The translations under genes and the position numbers were made by a program. DNA of 43,102 nucleotides. It comes from Leptospirales bacterium. Its GTDB lineage: Bacteria > Spirochaetota > Leptospiria > Turneriellales > JAOUFE01. A model generated the notes under the pieces. That model was not told the origin of the DNA, ran no database searches, and saw only the letters and a list, made by a program, of their open reading frames with translations. The stretch spans positions 1 to 43,102 of the forward strand of contig JBEQLE010000035.1 in NCBI GenBank assembly GCA_040326155.1, in the 5' to 3' direction. Positions 20,116 to 29,939 of the stretch are shown here, piece by piece. Position 1 is the stretch's first letter. Every line of letters begins with the position of its first letter.

Positions 20116-20376
20116 ATGATAACTTTATTAGTTATGGTCAAAGAGAAAAAGTTTCAAAAAATTATTCTTTCTGTGCTGGAAACAGCTCAAAAAGATTCTT
20201 CATTAGAAGAGCTGGGCTTAACCAGTTTTGAGGACATGGGAATTTTGTTCCAGACCGGGGGTCTGGTTTTAAATGGTATATTTAAGAATATAATCGATCT
20301 TGAAGAGACTTTCCCGGCTTTCGGAATAACACCCGAGGTCGCCGTTAGACTGACATTTCGGTTGTTGAAGTTTTAG
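20116..20376 (+). CDS. Small hypothetical protein or gene fragment
   Basis: 86-aa ORF, no clear SD. Confidence 0.4.
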   Translation: MITLLVMVKEKKFQKIILSVLETAQKDSSLEELGLTSFEDMGILFQTGGLVLNGIFKNIIDLEETFPAFGITPEVAVRLTFRLLKF

Positions 20377-20460
20377 GTCTCTTGAGAAGTTAGAGGTAAA
20401 CGAAAGTTATTGAATGAAGTAAATTTTGAAATTATTTTATTATATTATAGAAGAAGCAAA

Positions 20461-20991
20461 ATGTTACCAGATTCTAAAGAAGAAAAATATAAACCCACGA
20501 AGTTGAAATGGTCAGGTGTTCTGCTAACTTTTTCTATTTTTGTTTTTGCCGGATTTTTGATGTCAGGGAAATCAGATCATACCGGTTTTGACTCTTTTAT
20601 GGGTATTTATTTGATGTTTTTTGGCGGGGTGGGAATTCTTGTCTCTATTTTGCAGTTTATTCCAAATGTATCTTTCTTGCGGTTAACCCCTGAAGGATTT
20701 GAAATGAAATCTTTAGGACGATGTCATTCATATAAGTGGTCAGAAATACGCGAGTTTGGTGTAGCAGAATTTCAAACCAGGCAGGGCGGTATGCAATCTA
20801 GTCACCGTTTGGTAGGTTTTAATTTCAAAAAACCGGGTAAAAGTGATGAAGTGGAAAATTCGATCAGGCGATTGAATCGGCGGGTCGTAAACTATGAAGC
20901 TGCACTACCGGACAATTATGGATGGAAAAACACCGAGCTTGCAACACACTTGAATGAATTGAGAATTTACTATGTGAATAAACTCAAGTGA
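20461..20991 (+). CDS. 2TM membrane protein with PH-like C-terminal domain
   Basis: Two hydrophobic helices then FLRLTPEGF...YKWSEI; ATG 20461. Confidence 0.7.
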   Translation: MLPDSKEEKYKPTKLKWSGVLLTFSIFVFAGFLMSGKSDHTGFDSFMGIYLMFFGGVGILVSILQFIPNVSFLRLTPEGFEMKSLGRCHSYKWSEIREFGVAEFQTRQGGMQSSHRLVGFNFKKPGKSDEVENSIRRLNRRVVNYEAALPDNYGWKNTELATHLNELRIYYVNKLK

Positions 20992-21046
20992 AAACGATCT
21001 GAAATTATTACTTACTCCATTTAACCGCGACCGCTAGGTCAAATGG

Positions 21047-21080
21047 CGGTCGAATACCGCACTGCGTACTTGTGGAATAA
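21047..21080 (-). repeat. Dispersed repeat family A, copy 2
   Basis: Reverse complement matches copy 1 at 30/34. Confidence 0.8.
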
Positions 21081-21206
21081 TCTACATTTACTCCTGGTTT
21101 ATTCCGGGGACGTCGTCGGCCAGATTATTTTTCTTTTTTTTCTTCGTTTCTCTTCTTTTTTTTCTTTAAAGTGAAATTTTTTTCAAAAAAAGGCTATTAC
21201 CCTGTT

Positions 21207-22544
21207 ATGACCATCACAATTACGAAAGATTTTAAGCTGGCGTTGCAGTGCATTGAAACGGGAGAGCGAAACTTGTTTATACATGGTAAAGCGGGAACCG
21301 GGAAATCTACTTTTATTGGGTTGCTGAAAGAGAAGTATTCGGTTGCTGAGAATGATGCGGCCAATACGGTTTACCTGGCTCCGACGGGGGTGGCTGCGGT
21401 GAATATTGAGGGCCAGACGATTCACTCTTTTTTTAGTTTTCAACCTCACTTTCTCGATGCTTCTAATATGGAAATTCGGCGAAGTAAAAAGTTTAAAACG
21501 GTGCGCAAAATTATTATCGATGAAATTTCGATGGTTCGGGCCGACCTGTTGGATGCTATCGATGTGGTTTTGCGAGCCAATCATAATTCCGCTTTACCGT
21601 TTGGCGGGGTAACGATGGTTTTTATCGGCGATACATATCAGCTTCCCCCTGTTGTAACCAGATATGAGCAACAAGTTTTTACAAAGAAAGGTTATAAAAC
21701 TCCATTCTTTTTCAGTTCGTTTGTATTTCTTGAAATGCTTGATAAACGAAATAACCTTCGGCCGTTATTTATCGAGTTTGTAACTATTTTTCGACAGAAA
21801 GATTCTGAGTTTATTCAGGTGTTACATTTAATTCGGAACGCCCTCGATAAAAAAACCGTTATGGAAAAGCTCGCGCTAAGAGTGGGTAACGAAAAAGATA
21901 TTTCGGGACCCTTTGTTATTTTGACCGGAACCAACAAGCTTGCCGCAACTTATAATAAAAGAAAACTGAAGGAAATTTCGAATAAGCAGTATACTTTTGA
22001 GGCTGAAATTTTAGACGATTTTCCAGAGAGAGATTTTCCAACTGAAAAACTTCTGGCGCTGAAAGAGGGCGCCCAGGTAATATTTATTCGAAACGAGGTA
22101 ATTAAACAGGAGTATGTAAACGGCGATATCGGTGTTGTTGAAAAAATAGATGAATTTAATATTACAGTAAATGTAAACGGTAAACTGGTTGAGGTTGAGC
22201 CTACGACATGGGAAAGATTCAGGTACAAACTAATCTATGGGCGTATCGTCCCTGTGGTGGTTGGTGAATTTTATCAGTTCCCGCTTAAGCTCGGTTACGC
22301 GATTACAATTCATAAGAGCCAGGGCCATACCTATGCACAAATTTTGCTTGATCTGGGTAAAAAAGCTTTCGCTTCGGGCCAGGTTTATGTGGCTTTATCG
22401 CGGGTAACGTCTCTCTCGGGAGTGTATCTAAGGAACTCATTGAAAGCCGATGACATCTTTGTTGACAAACGAATTTCCAGATTCTGGAATTCACTGGAAG
22501 AGAGTTCTCAGGCACGGACGTCGGTTCCCGAAGAGGCGGCGTAA
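21207..22544 (+). CDS. Pif1-like SF1B helicase
   Basis: GKAGTGKS, LAPTGVAA, IIDEISM, GDTYQLPPV, FRQ, QFPLKLGYAITIHKSQG, YVALSR. Confidence 0.93.
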   Translation: MTITITKDFKLALQCIETGERNLFIHGKAGTGKSTFIGLLKEKYSVAENDAANTVYLAPTGVAAVNIEGQTIHSFFSFQPHFLDASNMEIRRSKKFKTVRKIIIDEISMVRADLLDAIDVVLRANHNSALPFGGVTMVFIGDTYQLPPVVTRYEQQVFTKKGYKTPFFFSSFVFLEMLDKRNNLRPLFIEFVTIFRQKDSEFIQVLHLIRNALDKKTVMEKLALRVGNEKDISGPFVILTGTNKLAATYNKRKLKEISNKQYTFEAEILDDFPERDFPTEKLLALKEGAQVIFIRNEVIKQEYVNGDIGVVEKIDEFNITVNVNGKLVEVEPTTWERFRYKLIYGRIVPVVVGEFYQFPLKLGYAITIHKSQGHTYAQILLDLGKKAFASGQVYVALSRVTSLSGVYLRNSLKADDIFVDKRISRFWNSLEESSQARTSVPEEAA

Positions 22545-22687
22545 AAATGGATTCGTATGGTCCGTCTGTAAGGTTTATAGTCTGTTTCATATTCAGAACG
22601 GCAGGCGCTATGCAATATGTATTGAAAAGAATTCGTCGAAGGAAAATAAAGCAGGCCGAGACAAAATAGAGCCTCTGTCTTGTCTGA

Positions 22688-23119
22688 TTAACTTTTCGTA
22701 TTAACTTTATTGTAAAGCAGCATAAATTGCTCCGCCGACATTACAGGAATTTTAGAGTGTTTGTAATCTTTACTATTGCGAGTAATAATGTATTTAACGC
22801 CGGCTTCAACGGATGAAAAATATTGGAGGGCGTCTTCAAAGTCTGAGAATTTAGAATTCAAGCCCAGTGTTGTCGACTTTCGGGTTACAGGAATGATCTC
22901 CAGAATGGCTTCGAGTGTTCGAAGAGTTTTAATTGCCAGGTTTTTCGATTTGTATTTACTGAGTATATAAAACAGGTTTGAAAATACCAGAGGGGTTGTT
23001 ACAGCGTGAACTTTCTTTAAATCTGCCAGAGTCAATAATTCGGAAGCTGGATTATAAAATTTATCTCGAAGTAAAAAAATATCTAATAATATATCTGAGT
23101 CAATATAGATCTTTTTCAT
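22688..23119 (-). CDS. PIN domain toxin
   Basis: IYIDSDILLD, DFEDALQY, IITRNSKDY. Confidence 0.9.
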   Translation of the reverse strand: MKKIYIDSDILLDIFLLRDKFYNPASELLTLADLKKVHAVTTPLVFSNLFYILSKYKSKNLAIKTLRTLEAILEIIPVTRKSTTLGLNSKFSDFEDALQYFSSVEAGVKYIITRNSKDYKHSKIPVMSAEQFMLLYNKVNTKS

Positions 23120-23367
23120 AAAGAATGTTTTTTCAGTTGATATTCAAGTCGTTCTTTTTTATAATCGATATCTTTTACATCATTTAGAATGCCTGAAATT
23201 TGTTTTATGGACGCACTGATTGTTGTTGATTTGTTTGCCTTTTTTTCTGTAACAAAACGGAAGTACTCTTCTACCAGTTGTGAGACGCTGGAGTTGTGGT
23301 TTTTAGCATAGCTTTTCGCTCTATTGACAATTCCTTTGTCAAGTTTTAGTGTCAACTTTTGTTCCAT
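23116..23367 (-). CDS. DUF6364-type antitoxin
   Basis: KLTLKLDK..V.RAK.YAK...SVSQLVE.YF; overlaps the PIN gene. Confidence 0.85.
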   Translation of the reverse strand: MEQKLTLKLDKGIVNRAKSYAKNHNSSVSQLVEEYFRFVTEKKANKSTTISASIKQISGILNDVKDIDYKKERLEYQLKKHSL

Positions 23368-23403
23368 ACGTACAATATACCTCTATATGGTACGTAATGT
23401 CAA
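23367..23403 (-). promoter_or_regulatory. TA promoter with inverted operator, likely leaderless
   Basis: TTGACA-N18-TATATT-N6-ATG; TACGTAC (23367-73) and GTACGTA (23390-96) inverted pair. Confidence 0.7.
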
Positions 23404-23511
23404 TAATTTTTTTTACTTTAATATTCTGGAATTTTGGTTTTCCTCGCAGGCATTCTTGATCTTTTGGCCTGCGCTGCCAAACTATACTTCTTTGAATTAT
23501 AGAGGACTGGC

Positions 23512-26388
23512 TTATTGTAGCCACCGCTTTAAAAAATGCCCGGTCAGTGATTTTTTTTCTTTAATAATTTCTTCCGGGGTACCAAAGGCGATTACCTCAC
23601 CGCCTTTAATGCCACCTTCAGGCCCCATATCGATAATCAAATCGGCAGTTTTAATTACATCCATGTTGTGTTCGATGACGATAACAGTGTTTCCTTCGTC
23701 GACAAAATGGTGTAATACTTTAAGCAACTGGCGAATGTCTTCAAAGTGAAGTCCGGTGGTAGGTTCATCAAGTATGTATAATGTTCTTCCTGTGGAACGT
23801 TTCGATAGCTCCGTCGCAAGTTTTATACGCTGGGCTTCACCACCCGAAAGTGTTGTTGCCGGTTGCCCCAGTTTTATATACCCAAGCCCAACATCGAACA
23901 GTGCTTTCAGCTTTGCTTTCACAGGGGGTATGGCATGAAAAAATTCAAGGGCCTCTTCGACGCTCATTTGCAGAACTTCGTATATGTTTTTATGCGAATA
24001 AGTGACTTCGAGCGTTTCACGATTATATCTTTTTCCCTCGCAGACTTTACAGGTGACGTAAACATCGGACAAAAAATGCATCTCAATTTTTTTAACCCCG
24101 TCACCCTGGCACGCTTCACAACGCCCTCCGGGAACATTAAACGAGAAACGACCTGGTTTATAGCCGCGCATTTTAGACGCCTTTAACATAGAAAAAAGAT
24201 CGCGTATTGGTGTAAAAGCTCCGGTGTAGGTTGCCGGGTTCGAACGCGGGGTTCGCCCTATAGGGCTTTGGTCGATATCGATGACTTTGTCGATTTTATC
24301 AAGACCGGTAATTTTTTTGTGTTTCCCGGGAATAAGATGGCTTTTGTAAAGGTGCAGCGCCGCCCCTTTGTATAAAATTTCGTTTACCAACGTACTTTTA
24401 CCACTTCCGGAAAGTCCCGTAACGCAGATAAATTTGCCCAGATCAAACTGAACCTCAATGTTTTTTAAATTATTTTCTGCCGCGCCAGTAACTTTTATAC
24501 AGTTTTCGCCACCCTCGCGTCGCACTTCCGGAATCTCGATTTTTTTCTTTCCGCTTAAATAGTGACCCGTCATCGAATCTTTATCTTTCAAGATATCTGG
24601 AAAGGTTCCGGTAAAAACAACTTCACCGCCATGAATTCCCGCTCCGGGGCCAATGTCGACAATATAGTCACTCATTTCGATTGTCTCTTCGTCATGCTCG
24701 ACTACGATTACAGAATTACCCAGGTCTCTCAAGTTTTGCAACGTTTTTATAAGTTTCGCATTATCGCTCTGGTGCAAGCCAATGGAGGGTTCATCCAATA
24801 CGTATAAAACCCCGACAAGAGCCGAGCCGATCTGGGTAGCCAGTCGAATGCGTTGAGCTTCGCCGCCCGAAAGCGTTCCGGCCACACGGTCCATTGTGAG
24901 GTATCCTACACCGACCGAGTTTAAAAAACTGAGACGACTTTCAATCTCTTTCAAGGCTTGCTCAGCAATAATTTTCTCGGTTTTATTGAGCTTGAGTTCT
25001 TTAAAAAAATCTTCAGCCTCGAAAATACTCAGCCGGGTAAACTCGTTAATATTTTTACTCGCAATGGTAACAGCCAAAGGTTCGGGTTTTAACCTCGCCC
25101 CATCGCATTCAGGGCAATCCATATTGACCATAAACTGTTCCAGCCTGGTTCGTTGCTTGTCCGAAACAGAGGTCTCGTAACGTCGGTGCAAATTTGGAAC
25201 AATACCTTCGTAAGCACGCGAAAAATGAAATGAATTTTCGTTTTTATTCCACTCGTAGTCGAGCTTTTCCCCTTTCGTACCGAATAGAACAATTTTTTTA
25301 ATTTTTTCGGGAAGTTTTTTCCAGGGTGTATCGAGTGAAAAATTATATTTTTCAGAAAGAGCCTTCATAGAAGTTCTGTACCAATACCCGTCGACCGACC
25401 ACCCGAGCCCTTCAATAATACCTTCGCCTAATGATTTTTCAGGGTTACGAATTAACAGTTCCGGGTGAAATTCGGGAATAAACCCGAGCCCGGAACATCC
25501 CGAGCAGGCACCGTCCGGTGAATTGAAAGAGAAAAGACGGTGGGTCATTTCTGGAAAAGAAATGTCGCAATGAGGGCAGAACAGATGTGAAGAGAACATT
25601 TCGTCTTTTAACGAAATCTGTTTTTTATTTTTATCAAGCGCTTCAATAGAGACAAACGCCTGGCTTTCGCCTTTTTCAAGGGCAATTTCCATGGAGTCGC
25701 TTAAGCGGGAGCGTAAACTTTTGGTATCTTTTTTTCGTAACACAAGCCGATCAATGACTAGTTCAATAGAGTGTTTTTTATTTTTTTCCAGTATAATATC
25801 AGATTCCAGAGAGAGAATTTCCCCATCCACCCTGGCTCGAACAAAGCCTTCTTTTAAGAATTTTTGAAACAGCTCTTTAAATTCCCCTTTGCGACCTTTC
25901 ACAGCAGGCGCCATAATTTGAAGGCGAAAAGAGTCCGCTTTTGCATATTCAGCATGGTCGGGTATACCGAGAATATTTTCTACAATTGTATCGACCGGCT
26001 GGGCTTCGAGTTTTCGCTTGCATTTGGGACAGTGGGGTATTCCAATTCTTGCGTAAATCAACCTCAGATAATCGTATATTTCGGTAACCGTTCCGACCGT
26101 AGACCTCGGGTTTTTATGCGTAGTTTTTTGCTCTATGGAAATTGCTGGCGAGAGTCCTTCAATAGAATCGACATCGGGTTTTTCAAGTTGGCCTAGAAAT
26201 TGCCTGGCATAAGCAGAGAGACTTTCCACATACCTTCTTTGGCCTTCCGCATAAATTGTATCAAATGCCAGAGAACTTTTTCCACTACCAGAAAGACCGG
26301 TAAATACAACCAGTTTGTTTCTGGGAATTTCCAGCGATATATTCTTTAAATTATGCTCACGAGCTCCGGTGATTTTGATAGAATCCAT
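23512..26388 (-). CDS. uvrA: Excinuclease ABC subunit A
   Basis: GAREHNLKN, two Walker A (GLSGSGKS), LSGGEAQRI x2, zinc fingers. Confidence 0.98.
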   Translation of the reverse strand: MDSIKITGAREHNLKNISLEIPRNKLVVFTGLSGSGKSSLAFDTIYAEGQRRYVESLSAYARQFLGQLEKPDVDSIEGLSPAISIEQKTTHKNPRSTVGTVTEIYDYLRLIYARIGIPHCPKCKRKLEAQPVDTIVENILGIPDHAEYAKADSFRLQIMAPAVKGRKGEFKELFQKFLKEGFVRARVDGEILSLESDIILEKNKKHSIELVIDRLVLRKKDTKSLRSRLSDSMEIALEKGESQAFVSIEALDKNKKQISLKDEMFSSHLFCPHCDISFPEMTHRLFSFNSPDGACSGCSGLGFIPEFHPELLIRNPEKSLGEGIIEGLGWSVDGYWYRTSMKALSEKYNFSLDTPWKKLPEKIKKIVLFGTKGEKLDYEWNKNENSFHFSRAYEGIVPNLHRRYETSVSDKQRTRLEQFMVNMDCPECDGARLKPEPLAVTIASKNINEFTRLSIFEAEDFFKELKLNKTEKIIAEQALKEIESRLSFLNSVGVGYLTMDRVAGTLSGGEAQRIRLATQIGSALVGVLYVLDEPSIGLHQSDNAKLIKTLQNLRDLGNSVIVVEHDEETIEMSDYIVDIGPGAGIHGGEVVFTGTFPDILKDKDSMTGHYLSGKKKIEIPEVRREGGENCIKVTGAAENNLKNIEVQFDLGKFICVTGLSGSGKSTLVNEILYKGAALHLYKSHLIPGKHKKITGLDKIDKVIDIDQSPIGRTPRSNPATYTGAFTPIRDLFSMLKASKMRGYKPGRFSFNVPGGRCEACQGDGVKKIEMHFLSDVYVTCKVCEGKRYNRETLEVTYSHKNIYEVLQMSVEEALEFFHAIPPVKAKLKALFDVGLGYIKLGQPATTLSGGEAQRIKLATELSKRSTGRTLYILDEPTTGLHFEDIRQLLKVLHHFVDEGNTVIVIEHNMDVIKTADLIIDMGPEGGIKGGEVIAFGTPEEIIKEKKSLTGHFLKRWLQ

Positions 26389-26467
26389 GTTTGTCAAACG
26401 GCTATTTATGGAACCATCGTCAACTTAATTCATTAAAAAGTATAATTTTCCACATCGGTTGTATTTT

Positions 26468-26869
26468 CTATTGCCGGTAAAATCGTAATTTTATAAGAAC
26501 TGAAATTGCAAAAATAATTATATAAAAAAGTAAAATATAAAAAATTCTTATAATAAAGCCTTTTAACGCAACCATGAATAAAGTCATTGAAATAAGATAG
26601 AGTATTATAAACAAGAGAATTGGCAACAGTAAATTTATCGATAGTTTCCTCTCATCCGATTTAAATAATCCAATGATTAATAATATAGGTGAACCAATCA
26701 ACATTAAACCCATCAGTATAGCAAAGGGTATATCGGTAATAGAATTGGATTTAATAAAATTGAAAAACTGCAGGTTTAGAAATAGTAGATCGAGACTTAT
26801 AACGACGAATATAATGTTCCCGATAATGGAAAATATTATAGATATTACATTGAATAGATTTTGCTTCAT
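26468..26869 (-). CDS. 4TM hypothetical membrane protein
   Basis: Highly hydrophobic 133-aa ORF; GGAT before ATG. Confidence 0.6.
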   Translation of the reverse strand: MKQNLFNVISIIFSIIGNIIFVVISLDLLFLNLQFFNFIKSNSITDIPFAILMGLMLIGSPILLIIGLFKSDERKLSINLLLPILLFIILYLISMTLFMVALKGFIIRIFYILLFYIIIFAISVLIKLRFYRQ

Positions 26870-26890
26870 GGAGTTTGTGTCAATATCCTT

Positions 26891-28306
26891 TTAAAAGGTA
26901 AACCTAGCATAGAAATCAATAAATATTTGTCTGGAGTCTTCCAGAAGCATACGACCGGGAATATCAGCATAACGATAATGTTCCGCTTTATTTTGAATGC
27001 CGGGTATGACAACATTGGTAAATCGAATGCCAGTTTCGAGTCGTTCATACCATTTTAAATAGGTAAGTATGGTCGCTGTATCGGTAATTAAGGATACTTT
27101 TCGTCCGCCCACAGCGCTTGCTTTATTTTGTTCCGGAATTAATATCAATATTTCATTTTTCAGATCGATGAAAAAGTTTTTCACAACATTTAATGTAAGT
27201 TCCTGACGTAAATAGACCCCCCATGTTTTTGAATAGGGTTTATAAAAATTGATTGGCTGGTTATTGTATTTTTGATCAACCGACAAATTCCAGAAATAAT
27301 CGAATCCATAGACTTGACTTTGCGCAAAATAATATTCAACATTCTCTCTGCCGTAATACCGTACTTCGTTTACAAGAGAAGCTTTAAGATCCATAAAAGC
27401 GGGGGCCGCCATATTAAAATCAATTCCGACTAAACCGGCGAGGGTGTCATCATTGACTGTAAAAGTATCATTAAAGTTGACTTTAACCGGAAAATAGGTA
27501 ATTCCGCCGAAATCACTTTGCCATCCCATAAGCATCGTTTTGTGGTTATAAAGGGAGTTAAAAACATAAGAGACTCCCGCTTCGCCATAAAACCGAAACG
27601 ATTTTGACGGTTTTATTTCAAATGTAATTCCGGGTACAACTCGATTGCCCAGGAAGTTACCCAATTCAAGCAGGACTCCTGCGCCAATCCACTTTTGAAA
27701 TGGATAAAAATACAGACCAAACAGGTCATCGTTAGGTTCATACCCATTGCCAAGCCATGTTACATCAATAGACCAATTTTTTCCTTCAAGGTCAATATGA
27801 GAACCTACACCGGTGTATTCAGAGAAAAAAAGGCCTTGGCCATGCGTAAAATCTCCTATGGTACCTAAATTGACATTTATTTTTAATCCATTATTTATTT
27901 TTTTTATTGAGCCTTTAGAACTTCCTTTCGAGTCATCTGTATCAGCTGGTATAAAGTCATGGTGATTGTTCAACGTTAATTGGGGAAGTAGTTTGAATTT
28001 AAAGGGATCTTGCGATAGACTATAAGAAAAACTGGATTTTTCTATTTGAATCCAGGACGTGAGCCATACATTTGGTATTATTTCATAACCACCGGTTAAA
28101 TGTATCCAGGAATAGGTATGGCGAAATTGCCACTTGCTTATATATGGAACGGTATAGGTAAATATACCATCCATGTGTATAAAATACGTATCATCTTCTT
28201 CGCTCGGGGTAAGTGTTTGCCAGCCGAGGGGGTTGGCCGAAGTCGTAAGAGCCAAATAAAACAGAATGAAAAATAGTCCCTTTCTAATTATCTTTTTAGT
28301 CTGCAT
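26891..28306 (-). CDS. Secreted, probable outer-membrane beta-barrel protein
   Basis: Signal peptide, aromatic-rich amphipathic strands, C-terminal YARFTF. Confidence 0.65.
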   Translation of the reverse strand: MQTKKIIRKGLFFILFYLALTTSANPLGWQTLTPSEEDDTYFIHMDGIFTYTVPYISKWQFRHTYSWIHLTGGYEIIPNVWLTSWIQIEKSSFSYSLSQDPFKFKLLPQLTLNNHHDFIPADTDDSKGSSKGSIKKINNGLKINVNLGTIGDFTHGQGLFFSEYTGVGSHIDLEGKNWSIDVTWLGNGYEPNDDLFGLYFYPFQKWIGAGVLLELGNFLGNRVVPGITFEIKPSKSFRFYGEAGVSYVFNSLYNHKTMLMGWQSDFGGITYFPVKVNFNDTFTVNDDTLAGLVGIDFNMAAPAFMDLKASLVNEVRYYGRENVEYYFAQSQVYGFDYFWNLSVDQKYNNQPINFYKPYSKTWGVYLRQELTLNVVKNFFIDLKNEILILIPEQNKASAVGGRKVSLITDTATILTYLKWYERLETGIRFTNVVIPGIQNKAEHYRYADIPGRMLLEDSRQIFIDFYARFTF

Positions 28307-28561
28307 CGGGCAATTTCTCTGGGTTCAATCAATAATAGTTTTAAATTGGTTATTTAGTAACCGGAGCTAGTTATTGACTCTATTTACATAAAATCAATCT
28401 ATCATAGCATGAATAGAAAAAAACACAAAACAACTCACTGCAAAATAGAGAAGTATTTGCATAAAATCCCTTGACACCTGCAATAATTATGACCTTATAA
28501 CTTATAAATGCACTAAATAGATCTTTGTTTTGAGGAAGGAAGAGAAATAGGAAGAGTATTC

Positions 28562-28588
28562 AAGCGGCTTAATTGCCGCTTTTTTTTT
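28562..28588 (+). terminator. Rho-independent terminator with no upstream plus-strand gene
   Basis: AAGCGGC-ttaatt-GCCGC followed by T9. Confidence 0.8.
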
Positions 28589-28694
28589 GAAAAAGCAGAC
28601 GGTGTTGCTTTTCAATATCGTCGTAAGATCGAAAGAACAAAGTTTCTTGAACGTTTATCAACAAATCATTACATGACATAAGAGACATAATAAA

Positions 28695-29939
28695 ATGGAA
28701 GAATTAAGTTTATCTTATGTTCGCTCAGAATTAGAAAAGTCGTTAGAGAAAAAAGGGCTGAGCGACCAAATGGCGCAAGTTAGCGTCGAAAAAGGAGAAT
28801 TCTGTCTTCGAATTTATCCTGAAAATTTAAATGATGCAGCTATCCAGGAAGCTCTGGTTTTAGCTAAAAAGTATATTAATAACTGGCGCATTCATACCTT
28901 TGAAAAAGGGTATATCAGCGTACAGGCTCTCAATGACAACATTTTCCAGACTGACGACATTCTGAATAACTTAAAATTAAAAATTAACGCGCTTTCCGGT
29001 GAAAGGGTAATTGAGATTACTAAAAAAGGCGTAATGAATCATGATGAGTTTACGCTTTTACAGAATTTTATTAAAACGTATGGAATTATATCAAAAAAAG
29101 ATCCCTTTGATAAATTAATCGATGCAGGGTGTCAGGTATATCTTCCACTGAAAGAAACTTTGGGGTGGGACGATTTTGCGGGGTATACTTCCATAAAAGA
29201 TCAGATTCTGGAGACTGTTGTTTTGCCCGTGCGGGAACCAGATGTGTACGATGCTATCGTAAAAAAAACGAGGAAAAAACAGGGCGAGAGCATTCGACCA
29301 AAAGCTGTTCTGTTTTCCGGTCCCCCCGGTGTAGGTAAAACCACCATGGCAAGAATTCTTGCTAAAGAGACAGGTCATGTTCTTGTCTATATTCCACTTG
29401 AAAATCTGATGTCGGCCTATTATGGCGAGTCGACGAAAAAACTGGCCGCTATTTTTGACATTGCGAGTGAAGCCAAAGAGACGGATATGATACTGTTTCT
29501 CGATGAAATTGATGCGCTTGCTCCTTCTCGAAACGATAATCTTTTTGAGGCAACCCGCCGCATGTTATCGGTTTTGCTGCGAAAAATCGATGGAATTGAA
29601 TCAAAAGATAATTACATTACCGTCGGGGCGACAAATAGAAGAACAGACCTTGACCCCGCTCTGCTTTCACGTTTCGATTCCATCATTGAGTTTCCCATGC
29701 CAACAGAATCGGACATTACGGAGTTATTAAAACTGTTTGCCATTCATCTTGATTCTGAACAAATGAAATCGGTCTCTATAAAAATGGCCGGGCTGGCCCC
29801 CAGAACCATTCGGGATATTTGTAAAAGAGCCGAGCGAATACAGGCCAGAAGAAATATTCTGTCGAAAAACAGAGAAGATTTGCCTGATGTAGAGGCTTAT
29901 TTTGAAGCCATATCCCAGTTGCCTTCGGATGAAATATGA
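28695..29939 (+). CDS. AAA+ ATPase
   Basis: GPPGVGKT, LFLDEIDA, GATNR..LDPALLSRFD. Confidence 0.93.
   Translation: MEELSLSYVRSELEKSLEKKGLSDQMAQVSVEKGEFCLRIYPENLNDAAIQEALVLAKKYINNWRIHTFEKGYISVQALNDNIFQTDDILNNLKLKINALSGERVIEITKKGVMNHDEFTLLQNFIKTYGIISKKDPFDKLIDAGCQVYLPLKETLGWDDFAGYTSIKDQILETVVLPVREPDVYDAIVKKTRKKQGESIRPKAVLFSGPPGVGKTTMARILAKETGHVLVYIPLENLMSAYYGESTKKLAAIFDIASEAKETDMILFLDEIDALAPSRNDNLFEATRRMLSVLLRKIDGIESKDNYITVGATNRRTDLDPALLSRFDSIIEFPMPTESDITELLKLFAIHLDSEQMKSVSIKMAGLAPRTIRDICKRAERIQARRNILSKNREDLPDVEAYFEAISQLPSDEI

Noticed and set aside
21125..21183. T-rich low-complexity tract before the helicase as a phase-variation site
   Set aside because: Lies upstream of the probable ATG (21207); no evidence of function
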